IMG/VR virus record: IMGVR_UViG_3300030430_000907
Coordinates: 1 to 58,357 of that record
Strand: one strand, 5' to 3'
DNA from: a virus
Lineage: Duplodnaviria; Caudoviricetes
Length of the DNA: 58,357 nucleotides
Shown here: positions 1 to 9,246 of the stretch, in pieces
How the letters are laid out: each line of letters opens with the position of its first letter
How positions within the stretch are numbered: the first letter of the stretch is position 1
Translations under genes and position numbers: made by a program
The notes under the pieces: generated by a model
What the model was told of the DNA's origin: nothing
Seen by the model: the letters and a program-made list of their open reading frames with translations, nothing else
Database searches by the model: none

Positions 1-1296
1 ACAATAGATGCAGCTCAGACAGGTATTACCTCTTTACTAGCTACAGATATTAAAATAGGTGAAGATGATGAAACAAAAATAGATTTTGAAACAGCAGATG
101 AAATACATTTTTATGCTGCCAATGCTGAACAAGTGTTTGTATCAGATGGTGTTTTTGGACCACAGACAGATAGTGATGTTGATTTAGGTACAACAGGTGT
201 TCGTTTTAAAGATGCTTATGTAGATAGTATTACAGTAACAGGTGAAGTAGATGGTGCTTCATTAGATATTTCTGGTGATGCAGATATTGATGGTACTTTA
301 GAAGCTGATGCGATTACTGTTAATGGCACAGCTCTTGATGAGTTTATTCAAGATACTGTAGGTGCTATGGTATCATCTAATACAGAATCAGGTATATCTG
401 TAACTTATCAAGATGGTGATGGAACATTAGATTTTTCAGTTTCTGGTGGTGGCACAACAATTAATAATAATGCAGACAATAGATTAATAACTGGTAGTGG
501 CACAGCAGATACCCTTGAGGGAGAAGCTAATGCCACATGGAATGGAAACACTTTAGCTTTAACAGCAGGAGCAGGAAATACTGGTATATCTCTTACTGAT
601 GGTTCCACAAACTATGGTTTTATCGGTGGTGGTAATGCTCTAAAGTCTGGTGGTAGTGCTAATGACTTTTCATTTAGAACCGACACTGGCTCTATAGACT
701 TTTACACTAATGGTCAAAATTTAAGATTTGCTATTGAGTCAGGAGGACAAATTTTTATGACAGATAATGTCACTATGGGAACTGCTACTCAAAGAGACAA
801 TGCTGTAATAACTGCTGTAAAAAGTGGCAGTAACTCTGATGCTTGTTTAGATATGGACCATGGTACAGGTGATGCCTCATTTTATAGATTTATAAAGTTT
901 AGAAAGAAATCCGAATCTTCTGCTGTAGGTAGACTTGATGCAGATATAACAGGTAGTTCTATGACACTTGCTTTTGACTCTGATGGTAGATACAAAGATA
1001 TTTTAGGTGATGCAGATGGTTTAAATCTTATATCAAAACTAGAGCCAATTAAATTTAAGTGGAAAGATGGCACAGGAGAAGGCTCACAAGGTTTTATTGC
1101 ACAAGACTTTAAAAAAGCATTTGATGATGTTGGTTCATACGCAAGAGGTGTATATGAGCCCAAAGACGAAAGCAAAGATAAATGGCAACTTGACTATGGC
1201 ACTCTTGTACCAAACTTAGTTAAAGCTATACAAGAGCAACAAGAACAAATAGAAGTATTACAAAACGAAATACAACAACTTAAAGGAGAATCATAA
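1..1296 (+). CDS. Tail fibre protein, 5'-truncated, with C-terminal intramolecular chaperone (peptidase S74-like)
   Basis: Frame is open from base 1. G/D/T-rich fibre repeats, then SDGRYKD...GFIAQD...LDYGTLVPNLVKAIQEQ plus a coiled coil, typical of chaperone domains. Confidence 0.88.
   Translation, partial: TIDAAQTGITSLLATDIKIGEDDETKIDFETADEIHFYAANAEQVFVSDGVFGPQTDSDVDLGTTGVRFKDAYVDSITVTGEVDGASLDISGDADIDGTLEADAITVNGTALDEFIQDTVGAMVSSNTESGISVTYQDGDGTLDFSVSGGGTTINNNADNRLITGSGTADTLEGEANATWNGNTLALTAGAGNTGISLTDGSTNYGFIGGGNALKSGGSANDFSFRTDTGSIDFYTNGQNLRFAIESGGQIFMTDNVTMGTATQRDNAVITAVKSGSNSDACLDMDHGTGDASFYRFIKFRKKSESSAVGRLDADITGSSMTLAFDSDGRYKDILGDADGLNLISKLEPIKFKWKDGTGEGSQGFIAQDFKKAFDDVGSYARGVYEPKDESKDKWQLDYGTLVPNLVKAIQEQQEQIEVLQNEIQQLKGES
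454..1035 (+). repeat. Imperfect direct repeat (582 nt), copy 1; pairs with 57776-58357
   Basis: Colinear with the contig end, with many synonymous changes. 959-1035 is identical to 58281-58357. Confidence 0.95.
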
Positions 1297-1643
1297 TGGC
1301 TGTAAATTTTGAATGGGATGTATCAAACTGTGAAGTTTATCCTAGTAAAAGTGGTAAATCTAATGTAGTACATAAAGTGCACTACGAACTGAAAGGTGTT
1401 GATGATACTAATACAGACAGCAATGGTAAGAATTATTTTGCAGTATCTAGAGGTAGAGTTTACTTAGACACATCTGATTTATCGAGTTTTATAAACTGGT
1501 CAAGTCTAACTGCCTCTGATGTACAAGGTTGGGTAGAAAGTGCCATGGGTTCTAGTAATGTAGCATCCGTTAAGTCAGCACTAGAGTCAGATATAAGCAA
1601 TCAAATAAATCCTAGCTCTGTTCACAAAATATTAGGTGGTTAA
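1296..1643 (+). CDS. Tail-fibre-associated small protein
   Basis: GGAG SD, coupled to the fibre stop. MAVNFEWDVS...WVE pattern is common after phage fibres. Confidence 0.65.
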   Translation: MAVNFEWDVSNCEVYPSKSGKSNVVHKVHYELKGVDDTNTDSNGKNYFAVSRGRVYLDTSDLSSFINWSSLTASDVQGWVESAMGSSNVASVKSALESDISNQINPSSVHKILGG

Positions 1644-1848
1644 TATGGATGAAAAAAAATTCTATGCAAATGTTTTACAGCTAATAGATGTCTCTGTAAG
1701 AAGAGGAGCTTGGGAAGGTACAGAGCTAGCTTTGCTGGCAGAAATTAGAGAAGAGGTAGTTATAAAATTAAAGAATTGGTCAAATGGTATAGATGTTCCA
1801 GAAAGTTCAAAAGAATTATCTGAAGAAAATAAAAATGAAAAAAGTTAG
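1636..1848 (+). CDS. Hypothetical protein
   Basis: ORF overlapping neighbours in the operon; start may be ATG 1645. Confidence 0.6.
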   Translation: MVNMDEKKFYANVLQLIDVSVRRGAWEGTELALLAEIREEVVIKLKNWSNGIDVPESSKELSEENKNEKS

Positions 1849-2017
1849 TTCTATGGAAAAAATTATTTCACATGAAAAAGAATGTGCTATTCGTTATGAA
1901 AATATAGAAAAACGTTTAGAAGATGGTTCTAAAAGATTTGATAGACTAGAACTTATGTTGTGGGGAGTATATCCTTTTATTGTAGGAGCATTAGTAGTAA
2001 GTAGGTATTTATCGTGA
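1835..2017 (+). CDS. Small coiled-coil membrane protein (XhlA-like or holin-associated)
   Basis: HEKECAIRYENIEKRL coiled coil followed by a C-terminal hydrophobic helix. Confidence 0.6.
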   Translation: MKKVSSMEKIISHEKECAIRYENIEKRLEDGSKRFDRLELMLWGVYPFIVGALVVSRYLS

Positions 2018-2301
2018 GTAGAGCAAAAAAAGTTATATCAAGAGTTGTAGGCAAGCTTAAAAAGGCTAGCAAGGCTCATGCTAATCAAGCTAAAAGTTTA
2101 GAGATGTTAAAGCTTAAAAAAGGTCGTAAAGCTAAAAGCAGAGTTAATGAAGCTGGTAATTATACAAAGCCTGGTATGAGAAAAAGATTATTTAATAAAA
2201 TAAAAGCAGGCGGTAAAGGCGGTAATCCTGGTCAATGGTCTGCTAGAAAAGCACAGATGTTAGCAAAACAATACAAGGCTGCAGGTGGCGGTTACAAATA
2301 G
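2014..2301 (+). CDS. Small Lys/Arg-rich basic protein
   Basis: GNYTKPGMRKRLF...GQWSARKAQMLAKQYKAAGGGYK; very basic. Confidence 0.75.
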   Translation: MSRAKKVISRVVGKLKKASKAHANQAKSLEMLKLKKGRKAKSRVNEAGNYTKPGMRKRLFNKIKAGGKGGNPGQWSARKAQMLAKQYKAAGGGYK

Positions 2302-2884
2302 TATATTCATAGATGATTTAGAAATACCAACATCTAAACATCCTGAAGTAAGAAAACTAAAAAAGAAATATAACAATCATTCTATACATGGTTATAAAAT
2401 ATGGAACTCTAGTTTAGTTCTTATAGATGCTTTAAAGAAACTTAACCTTAAATTTTCAGAAGACAATTTAATTTTAGACTTAGGTTGTGGCTGGGGTGTA
2501 TTAAGCTCTTATCTTGCAATGCAAGGTGCTAATGTAGTGGGTGTTGATATAGATAAAAAGGTTAAACCATACTTTGAATTTATATCTCAACTAAATGATG
2601 TCTATCCTAAATTTATAAATGATGATATTTTTTCTAAAGATTTTAATATCGACTATGATTACTTTATAGCCTGTGATGTTTGTTTTTATAAGAAACATAC
2701 AAAAGACTGGGCAAAGTTTATAAAAAGAATAACATCAGAAAATAAACAATTATTAATGTCAGACCCAGGTAGAGACCCTTTTTGGGAACTTCTTAAAATA
2801 TGTGATGTGCCTCATATTATTGAAAGATATCACGTTAAAGAACCTAGAAAAGCTGACTCATATTTAGTTATATTCGGAGAATGA
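2285..2884 (+). CDS. Class I SAM-dependent methyltransferase (METTL21/Methyltransf_16-like, probable protein methyltransferase)
   Basis: G.KIWNSS before motif I, ILDLGCGWG (motif I), GVDID, IACDVCFY, MSDPGR. Confidence 0.8.
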   Translation: MAVTNSIFIDDLEIPTSKHPEVRKLKKKYNNHSIHGYKIWNSSLVLIDALKKLNLKFSEDNLILDLGCGWGVLSSYLAMQGANVVGVDIDKKVKPYFEFISQLNDVYPKFINDDIFSKDFNIDYDYFIACDVCFYKKHTKDWAKFIKRITSENKQLLMSDPGRDPFWELLKICDVPHIIERYHVKEPRKADSYLVIFGE

Positions 2885-2885
2885 G

Positions 2886-3128
2886 ATGGCACTCAAAAAA
2901 ACACAAAAGAGTTTAAAAACATGGACAGGTCAAGATTGGACTACAGCTAGTGGTAAGAAGTCATCTGAAACAGGTGAAGTCTATGCTCCTAGAAAACAAA
3001 TAGAAAGATTAAAGTCTAGTCCAGCAGGCAGAAGAAAATTAGCCGCAGCTAATAGAAAAAAAAGAGAGGCAACTAGAAAAGGTAAACAACACGCTAGACA
3101 TGGTTTACATAAAGGTAAAAGAAAATAA
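2886..3128 (+). CDS. Small Lys/Arg-rich basic protein
   Basis: GGAG SD; QKSLKTWTGQDWTTASGKKSSETGEVYAP; very basic. Confidence 0.75.
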   Translation: MALKKTQKSLKTWTGQDWTTASGKKSSETGEVYAPRKQIERLKSSPAGRRKLAAANRKKREATRKGKQHARHGLHKGKRK

Positions 3129-3547
3129 TGTATGAGTATAAGTTTAAATTAGATAGAGTTGTTGATGGCGATACTATAGATATTGTTATTGATTTAGGTT
3201 TTTCTATTCTGCATAAATGTAGAGTACGTTTATTTGGAATTGATACTCCAGAATCTAGAACTAGAGATTTAGATGAAAAGGCTAGAGGTAAACTTGCAAA
3301 AGACTTTTTATCTTTTTGTTTAGCTTCATCTGATGAGCACGTTATAAAAACTAGTGTAGATGGTAAAGGTAAGTTTGGTAGAGTTCTTGGCGAAATATAT
3401 TGTGATGGAAAAAATATTAATCTTCTAATGATTGATAAGCATCATGCAGTTGCATACAAAGGACAAAGCAAAGATGAGATTGCTGCTGAACATTTAGTAA
3501 ATAGACAAATCTTGATAGACCAAGAAATATACATACCAAGTAAATGA
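3128..3547 (+). CDS. Thermonuclease (SNase) family nuclease
   Basis: RVVDGDT, VRLFGIDTPE and GKFGRVLG motifs. Confidence 0.9.
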   Translation: MYEYKFKLDRVVDGDTIDIVIDLGFSILHKCRVRLFGIDTPESRTRDLDEKARGKLAKDFLSFCLASSDEHVIKTSVDGKGKFGRVLGEIYCDGKNINLLMIDKHHAVAYKGQSKDEIAAEHLVNRQILIDQEIYIPSK

Positions 3548-3575
3548 ACATATAATCAAAAAATGATAGGAGGTA

Positions 3576-3755
3576 ATGATGTTAGAATTTTTTGAATATT
3601 TAATAAGATGGGTACAGGTTGTACCTTGGCTTGTTATGGTTGCATCTGTGATAGCAGCTTGCACCGACACTCCTAAAGATGATGCTGTAATAAAAAAATA
3701 TTACAGATTTATAGATTGGCTAGCTTTTAATATAGGTAAAGCTAAGGACAAGTAA
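3576..3755 (+). CDS. Small membrane protein, holin-like (59 aa, absent from ORF track)
   Basis: GGAGG SD; MMLEFFEYLIRWVQVVPWLVMVASVIAACTDTPKDDAVIKKYYRFIDWLAFNIGKAKDK. Confidence 0.7.
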   Translation: MMLEFFEYLIRWVQVVPWLVMVASVIAACTDTPKDDAVIKKYYRFIDWLAFNIGKAKDK

Positions 3756-4139
3756 ATGCACGAAGACGGAAGATTTAGAGGCGATATGGACAGAAATGAG
3801 GTCGAGATGGACCTTAAGAAGTTCATGGCTATGGTGGAAGAGATAGGTGCTTTAAAAGATAAAATTAGAGATTTAGAGGATAAACGTAATGTTAACCCTC
3901 ATCAAAAATGGATACATCTTGCGAGAGCCATAGACTCATGGCGTATTTTTCCCAGAGCTTTTTTAAGCGTCTATATTTTTCTATTGTATTATTCTACTAT
4001 GTGGTTTATGGCTCTCGAAGAACCATCATTTGAACAATCAGGTTTAATATCAATAATAGTAGGAGCAGGTGCAGCATGGTTTGGTTTATATGCTGGTACG
4101 TCAAATTCATCAAAGGGGTTTAAAGGTGAAGATAACTAG
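3756..4139 (+). CDS. Two-TM membrane protein, holin candidate
   Basis: Two hydrophobic helices (RAFLSVYIFLLYY; LISIIVGAGAAWFGLY); lies in the lysis region. Confidence 0.6.
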   Translation: MHEDGRFRGDMDRNEVEMDLKKFMAMVEEIGALKDKIRDLEDKRNVNPHQKWIHLARAIDSWRIFPRAFLSVYIFLLYYSTMWFMALEEPSFEQSGLISIIVGAGAAWFGLYAGTSNSSKGFKGEDN

Positions 4140-5229
4140 ATTAATTTTATTCTCAATTTTATTATGGTGCGGTAATTATTTACAGGCACAGGCTACAGGT
4201 ACTTGTACTGCTGGTACAGAGTATTGTGAGGCGGTAACTACTTCAAACGATACCACTACAAATAATACAAATAACAATACTAATACAAATACAAACACGA
4301 ATACCAATACGAATACAAATACTTCGACCTCTACAGCAACAAATACGAATTACAATACCAATAGTTCGACTGCTACTAACACAAATAATAATAATAATAC
4401 ATCGACTTCAACATCGACTAATACGAATAATAATAATAATAATTCAACTTCTAATAATACGAATACGAATTACAACAACTCAAACTCAAACTCTACAGTT
4501 AACTCAACTGTAGACCAAACTGTTAATAACAATACTACTACTAACAATACAAACACCAATTATAATGAGAGTAATTCGACTTCAGACAATACGAACAGGA
4601 ATTATAATGAAAGTAATAGTAATTCAAATGTAAATTCTAATAATAAGAATTACAACGAAAATAATTCTAAGTCAGATAATACAAATAGAAACTACAATAA
4701 ATCTGAGTCAGTACAAACTATTAATCAAAACGTTACAACCAAAGCACCACCTGCATCTGCTATAGCTCCTAGCATAATGAGTTATTCGCAGGACCTTTGT
4801 ACAACTGGATTATCTGCAGCATATCAAGGACAGATATTTGGTTTCTCAGGTGGTAAGAGTGTCAGAGATGAAAACTGTGAAAGATTAAAACTTTCTAAGT
4901 ATGTTTATGACATGGGCATGAAAGTAGCAGCAGTTGCTTTGTTATGCCAAGATGAAAGAGTTTTTGCAGCCATGTGGAAAGCAGGCACACCTTGCCCATA
5001 CAATGGCAAAATAGGAGATGAGGCAAAAGCAGAATGGGTTTCTAATGCATGGGAAAGACCTGACAGAATAGAGGCAGAAGAAGATTTTCTACGAAAATGT
5101 ATGGAACAAATAAATCCTAATTGGAGAAAAAGGAGTTGGGGTGAAAAAATTACATCACCTTTAAGTGATAAACCTTTTGCATCAAAATACAAAAGTAGGA
5201 GACAATGCTTAGACGAATTTTATGGCTAG
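4126..5229 (+). CDS. Putative exported protein with Asn/Thr low-complexity region and Cys-containing C-terminal domain
   Basis: GTG 4126 start gives a signal-peptide-like N-terminus. Long N/T/S tract; DENCERLKL...LLCQD...GTPCP. Confidence 0.7.
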   Translation: MKITRLILFSILLWCGNYLQAQATGTCTAGTEYCEAVTTSNDTTTNNTNNNTNTNTNTNTNTNTNTSTSTATNTNYNTNSSTATNTNNNNNTSTSTSTNTNNNNNNSTSNNTNTNYNNSNSNSTVNSTVDQTVNNNTTTNNTNTNYNESNSTSDNTNRNYNESNSNSNVNSNNKNYNENNSKSDNTNRNYNKSESVQTINQNVTTKAPPASAIAPSIMSYSQDLCTTGLSAAYQGQIFGFSGGKSVRDENCERLKLSKYVYDMGMKVAAVALLCQDERVFAAMWKAGTPCPYNGKIGDEAKAEWVSNAWERPDRIEAEEDFLRKCMEQINPNWRKRSWGEKITSPLSDKPFASKYKSRRQCLDEFYG

Positions 5230-7523
5230 TACTTATATTTTGTTTGCAAGGACATTCTCAATATATATACGAGGCTAATCAACCTTTATATCATTTACAA
5301 ACAAATGCTAATGCTTTTCAAGGAGAGCTTGCATATGAGATTGTAGATGATGGCATTTCACCAGTTATAGACTTTTCTTTTGACTTTAATTTTTATGGTA
5401 ATACTTTTGATTTTGCAAGAATAGCTACCAATGGATGTTTGCATTTTGGTTTAACTTCTACAGCATATAATGATTATTGTGGTGATTACACACCAGACCC
5501 ATTACCTAGATACAAGAATACTTTATATCCTTTTTGGACAGATTTAATAAGAGATAATAACTCTAGAATAAAGTCCTATGGTGATAGTGAGAAAATGATT
5601 TTTGGTTGGTACGATATGCGAGAGTACAATCGTAGTGGTTCAGATAATAGTTTTGAAATAATATTATGGTCAAATCATACATTTGAATATAGGTATGGTG
5701 CTTTAGATATAATAAATCATGATGTTTTAATAGGTGAGCAAGGACCTGACTCTAACAAAATATATACATATTTATTTCACGATGAATGTAATACAGGCAC
5801 AACAAACTCTAGTAGTTGTGTAAATACAAATTGGAACAATACATCTTTTAATACAACTTTAGAAAATGGTGGTTCTCTTTATAGTGATGGCTCAGACCAT
5901 AGTATAGATTGTAGTAACCCTCTAAACGATTCTAGTTGTACTGGTTATGCTGAGGCATTATTAACTCAACAATGTAATTTATCTCAGTTGTATAGCACAA
6001 GTTGTCCTGACTATGATGAGGCTTATGATGAGCTACAATGTGAAGAAGACCCTCAGTATAGACCATTTTGTTCAGGCTATAGACAAGAAGACTCAGTAGC
6101 TTTCTTTCAAGAAGATGATATGAACTTTGGTGGACAAAGAAATGATGGACAACACCAAGATATGTTTGGACATGATGATATGTTTTCTAATGAAGATTTT
6201 TTATTAGGCGACCCTTTTGTAGATTTAAACATTATTAGAGATGCAGAAATATTTGAAGAGCCTTTATTAGATGAGCCAATATTTTTTGATTTCAATGATG
6301 ATGGTTTTGCACCTATGAGCATAACATCTAGGCATGAAGACTTGCATAGTCCACATGGAGGAGGAGATGAAGTAGTGCCTTGGAATTTACAACCAGTCAG
6401 TCAAATAGCTCCTTTACCTCAGTATGATGTGCCAGAAGTATTAGCACCTTTAGGTGGAGATGTTTTATTAGCAGAGTTTATAGTTTTAGAAACTATAGTT
6501 GTTGAAGACTATAGAGAGCCAGAAACTTTTATTGAGTTTGATACTATTGAACAGTTAGACGAATGGTTTGAAAATGAAAGAGGCAGTAGAGAGGAAGAAG
6601 AAGTAGCACATCAAGAAAATGTACAACAAAGACCTGAAAGAGAAGAGATAGTTGCAGAACAAGAAGTAGAAGAAGTTTTAGAAGAAATAAGAGAAGAACA
6701 AGAAGAAATTGCAGAACTTGAAGAAGAAGTAATTGAAGAAGAAGAAATATTAGAACTACATGAAGAAGAGTTAGTTGCTGATAATAAAGACAGAAAAGCT
6801 ATGAAGATGAATATTGTAGCTGACTCTATAAAGGCTGCAGCAAATAGTGTTAATTATGGTACACAAAGCTCTAACTCAGGAGGCTATGGTGCAGGTGGTA
6901 ATAGTTCTAGTTCTACTGCACATTCAGGTTCTAGCAGTAGCTTTGCTGGTAGTTCTAACTCTACTAGCAGTTCACCAAGTATAAGTGACCAGATTGCATC
7001 TGCATCTGTACAGACAAATAATATATTATCTATGTCACAAAATTCTGGAGATATGTCAGGCACAGGTTCACAGATAGGTGGTAGCGTTACTACAAACTTA
7101 ATACCTTTACCTACTGCAGATGGCGGACAAATGGTTATGGCTGAAGTACAGATAAATAATTTACAAGGTGATATTAGTTCTGCTACATCAGGAGTTGTAT
7201 CTGCAAGTGAAGCTGATGAAATAGCTAATCAGATAATAGAAAATAATATTAAAAGTCAACAAGAAGAAATACAACAACAACAAGAAGAAACAGGTGAGTA
7301 TGCTGACCAAACTACATTAGTAGCTTATTTAGGATTTGTTCCTGGATTTGATAGCTATAAAACTTTAGAGTTGCCTAAACAAGACACATGGTATGAGGCT
7401 AAAGAAATTTACAGTGACATAGTTATGAACGATAATATAAATGCCTTTTATGGTTTAGCAGGTAGTAATATAAATACTATGAATATCTTGATACAAGAAC
7501 AACCAAACTTACAGGAGGAATAA
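5205..7523 (+). CDS. Putative exported protein with NIDO-like domain, Cys-rich repeats, acidic and Ser-rich tracts
   Basis: Signal-peptide-like start; DDGIS..IDF.FDFNFYG...IATNG...PFWTDL resembles the nidogen-like domain. Confidence 0.65.
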   Translation: MLRRILWLVLIFCLQGHSQYIYEANQPLYHLQTNANAFQGELAYEIVDDGISPVIDFSFDFNFYGNTFDFARIATNGCLHFGLTSTAYNDYCGDYTPDPLPRYKNTLYPFWTDLIRDNNSRIKSYGDSEKMIFGWYDMREYNRSGSDNSFEIILWSNHTFEYRYGALDIINHDVLIGEQGPDSNKIYTYLFHDECNTGTTNSSSCVNTNWNNTSFNTTLENGGSLYSDGSDHSIDCSNPLNDSSCTGYAEALLTQQCNLSQLYSTSCPDYDEAYDELQCEEDPQYRPFCSGYRQEDSVAFFQEDDMNFGGQRNDGQHQDMFGHDDMFSNEDFLLGDPFVDLNIIRDAEIFEEPLLDEPIFFDFNDDGFAPMSITSRHEDLHSPHGGGDEVVPWNLQPVSQIAPLPQYDVPEVLAPLGGDVLLAEFIVLETIVVEDYREPETFIEFDTIEQLDEWFENERGSREEEEVAHQENVQQRPEREEIVAEQEVEEVLEEIREEQEEIAELEEEVIEEEEILELHEEELVADNKDRKAMKMNIVADSIKAAANSVNYGTQSSNSGGYGAGGNSSSSTAHSGSSSSFAGSSNSTSSSPSISDQIASASVQTNNILSMSQNSGDMSGTGSQIGGSVTTNLIPLPTADGGQMVMAEVQINNLQGDISSATSGVVSASEADEIANQIIENNIKSQQEEIQQQQEETGEYADQTTLVAYLGFVPGFDSYKTLELPKQDTWYEAKEIYSDIVMNDNINAFYGLAGSNINTMNILIQEQPNLQEE

Positions 7524-7882
7524 TGGATTGGTTTCAAAATAAAACAACACAACTAATAGCTTTAGTGTCAATAGTCGGAACACTAGCTGGTTTTGGTTAT
7601 ACAGGTGCAACCTATATAAATAGATTAGAAAATTTAGAATCTAAGATTGGTGGCATTAGTGATAATGAAAACGAGGTACAAATTATAGAAGAGAGATTTG
7701 TAGCTATAGAAACAAGCGTAGAGTTTTTAGAAAAAGAAATAGATGGTATAGAGATACCTAATGTTTCTGAAATACAAAGTGAGCTAGCTGCAATAAAAGT
7801 ACAGCTTTCTGATTCTAAAGAAGACATACAAGAGTTAAAAGAAAAACTAAAAGACTTAGATAAGAATCCACTGGCTAATTAA
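7523..7882 (+). CDS. Membrane-anchored coiled-coil protein
   Basis: GGAGG SD; N-terminal TM helix then heptad repeats. Confidence 0.65.
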   Translation: MDWFQNKTTQLIALVSIVGTLAGFGYTGATYINRLENLESKIGGISDNENEVQIIEERFVAIETSVEFLEKEIDGIEIPNVSEIQSELAAIKVQLSDSKEDIQELKEKLKDLDKNPLAN

Positions 7883-7883
7883 T

Positions 7884-8102
7884 ATGGCAGAATTTTGGGA
7901 GTGGCTTAAAAGTTTATTTATAACTTACTACAAGTTAACAGTTAGTTATAATGCGACTTGGGGTGATAAAGACGACCAAAGTTTTGTAGTAAAAAAGTTT
8001 TATGTTAAGAAAGAAAAACATCTTAAATTTAAAACAAAAAAAAATGAGATAGTAGAAATACGTGGAGCTGAAGGTCTTAATTATAAAATAGAGGAACTGT
8101 AA
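7884..8102 (+). CDS. Hypothetical protein
   Basis: Tightly packed ORF in the operon. Confidence 0.6.
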   Translation: MAEFWEWLKSLFITYYKLTVSYNATWGDKDDQSFVVKKFYVKKEKHLKFKTKKNEIVEIRGAEGLNYKIEEL

Positions 8103-8497
8103 TGTATCAATTTTTATTTGCGATAATACTATCACTTTCAGGTTTGTGTTATTACATTTGGAATGAGAACGTAGTTTTAAAAGATAATAATTTAAAACTA
8201 GAGAACGCTGTAGCAGAACAAAAAGAAACTATAAAATCTTTACAAGCTGATTTTGAATTACAATCTAATTCATTATTAGAAATGACTTTAAAAAATCAAG
8301 CAGCAGAAAGAGAGTTGAATAGATACTCAGAGTTTATAAGAAACTATAAACTTACTGCTAAGATTTTAGAAGACCCAGTAGAAATGCAAAGGAAGATAAA
8401 TAATGGAACTAAACACATTATGGAAGACATTGAAAAACTCAGTGGCACTGTTGATAGTCTTGATGATGGCTTGCAGTTGCAGTCTCCTTCCAACTAG
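8102..8497 (+). CDS. Inner-membrane spanin (Rz-like)
   Basis: N-terminal TM plus coiled coil; overlaps a lipoprotein gene upstream of the endolysin. Confidence 0.7.
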   Translation: MYQFLFAIILSLSGLCYYIWNENVVLKDNNLKLENAVAEQKETIKSLQADFELQSNSLLEMTLKNQAAERELNRYSEFIRNYKLTAKILEDPVEMQRKINNGTKHIMEDIEKLSGTVDSLDDGLQLQSPSN

Positions 8498-8795
8498 AGA
8501 TATACAAATACAATCTAAACCTGTAGACAGGAAGATAATACAACCTGTCATGCCTAGGGAAATAGATTTAAGAGAAGTTAAATGGCTAACGATTACTCCT
8601 GAAAATTTTGAAGAACAATTTGCAATCATAGAAGAACAAGAAGGCGAGTTAGTTTTTTTAGCTATGACAATACCTGACTATGAGTTGATGGCATATAATA
8701 TGCAAGAAATTAAAAGGTACATAACAGAATTAAAAGATGTAGTTGTTTACTATAGAACAGTAACAACTAATGAACCTAAAAAAGAAAATGAGTAG
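8403..8795 (+). CDS. Outer-membrane spanin (Rz1-like lipoprotein)
   Basis: Hydrophobic stretch ending in lipobox-like MACSC, then Pro-rich; overlaps the i-spanin. Confidence 0.7.
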   Translation: MELNTLWKTLKNSVALLIVLMMACSCSLLPTRDIQIQSKPVDRKIIQPVMPREIDLREVKWLTITPENFEEQFAIIEEQEGELVFLAMTIPDYELMAYNMQEIKRYITELKDVVVYYRTVTTNEPKKENE

Positions 8796-9243
8796 CAATA
8801 TGAAAATTTCAGAAGAGGGTAAAGCTTTAATTAAAAAGTTTGAAGGCTGTGAATTAAAAGCATATAGATGTCCAGCAGGAAAATTAACAATCGGTTATGG
8901 TCATGTTAAAGGTGTTAAAGAAGGTGATGAATGGTCACAGTCACACGCAGAACATATGCTCGATGTAGAGCTAGAAGAATACGAGGGCTATATAAATGAC
9001 TACGTACAAGCTCCCTTATCACAAAGTCAATTTGATGCCCTCGTAGCCTGGGTTTACAACTTAGGACCAAGCAATCTAAAACAATCTACTTTATTAAAAG
9101 TATTAAATGCTGGTGAGTATGATGATGTGCCAAAAGAAATTAGAAGATGGAATAAAGCCAATGGTAAAGTTTTGGATGGTCTAATAAGAAGAAGGGAGGC
9201 AGAGGCTTTATTATTTCAAAATAAAGAATGGATAGAGGTATAA
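8788..9243 (+). CDS. Endolysin, phage lysozyme (GH24)
   Basis: IKKFEGCELKAY.CPAG.LTIGYGH, QFDAL, YNLG, GLIRRREAE. Confidence 0.93.
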   Translation: MSSNMKISEEGKALIKKFEGCELKAYRCPAGKLTIGYGHVKGVKEGDEWSQSHAEHMLDVELEEYEGYINDYVQAPLSQSQFDALVAWVYNLGPSNLKQSTLLKVLNAGEYDDVPKEIRRWNKANGKVLDGLIRRREAEALLFQNKEWIEV

Positions 9244-9246
9244 GTA

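Noticed and set aside
454-1035. Diversity-generating retroelement (TR/VR pair in tail fibres)
   Set aside because: Differences are not adenine-specific and many are synonymous. Both copies are in coding frames and no reverse transcriptase is present
4249-4700. Non-coding tandem repeat or assembly artefact in the AAT/AAC-rich tract
   Set aside because: Stays in frame with varied codons, encoding an Asn/Thr-rich region
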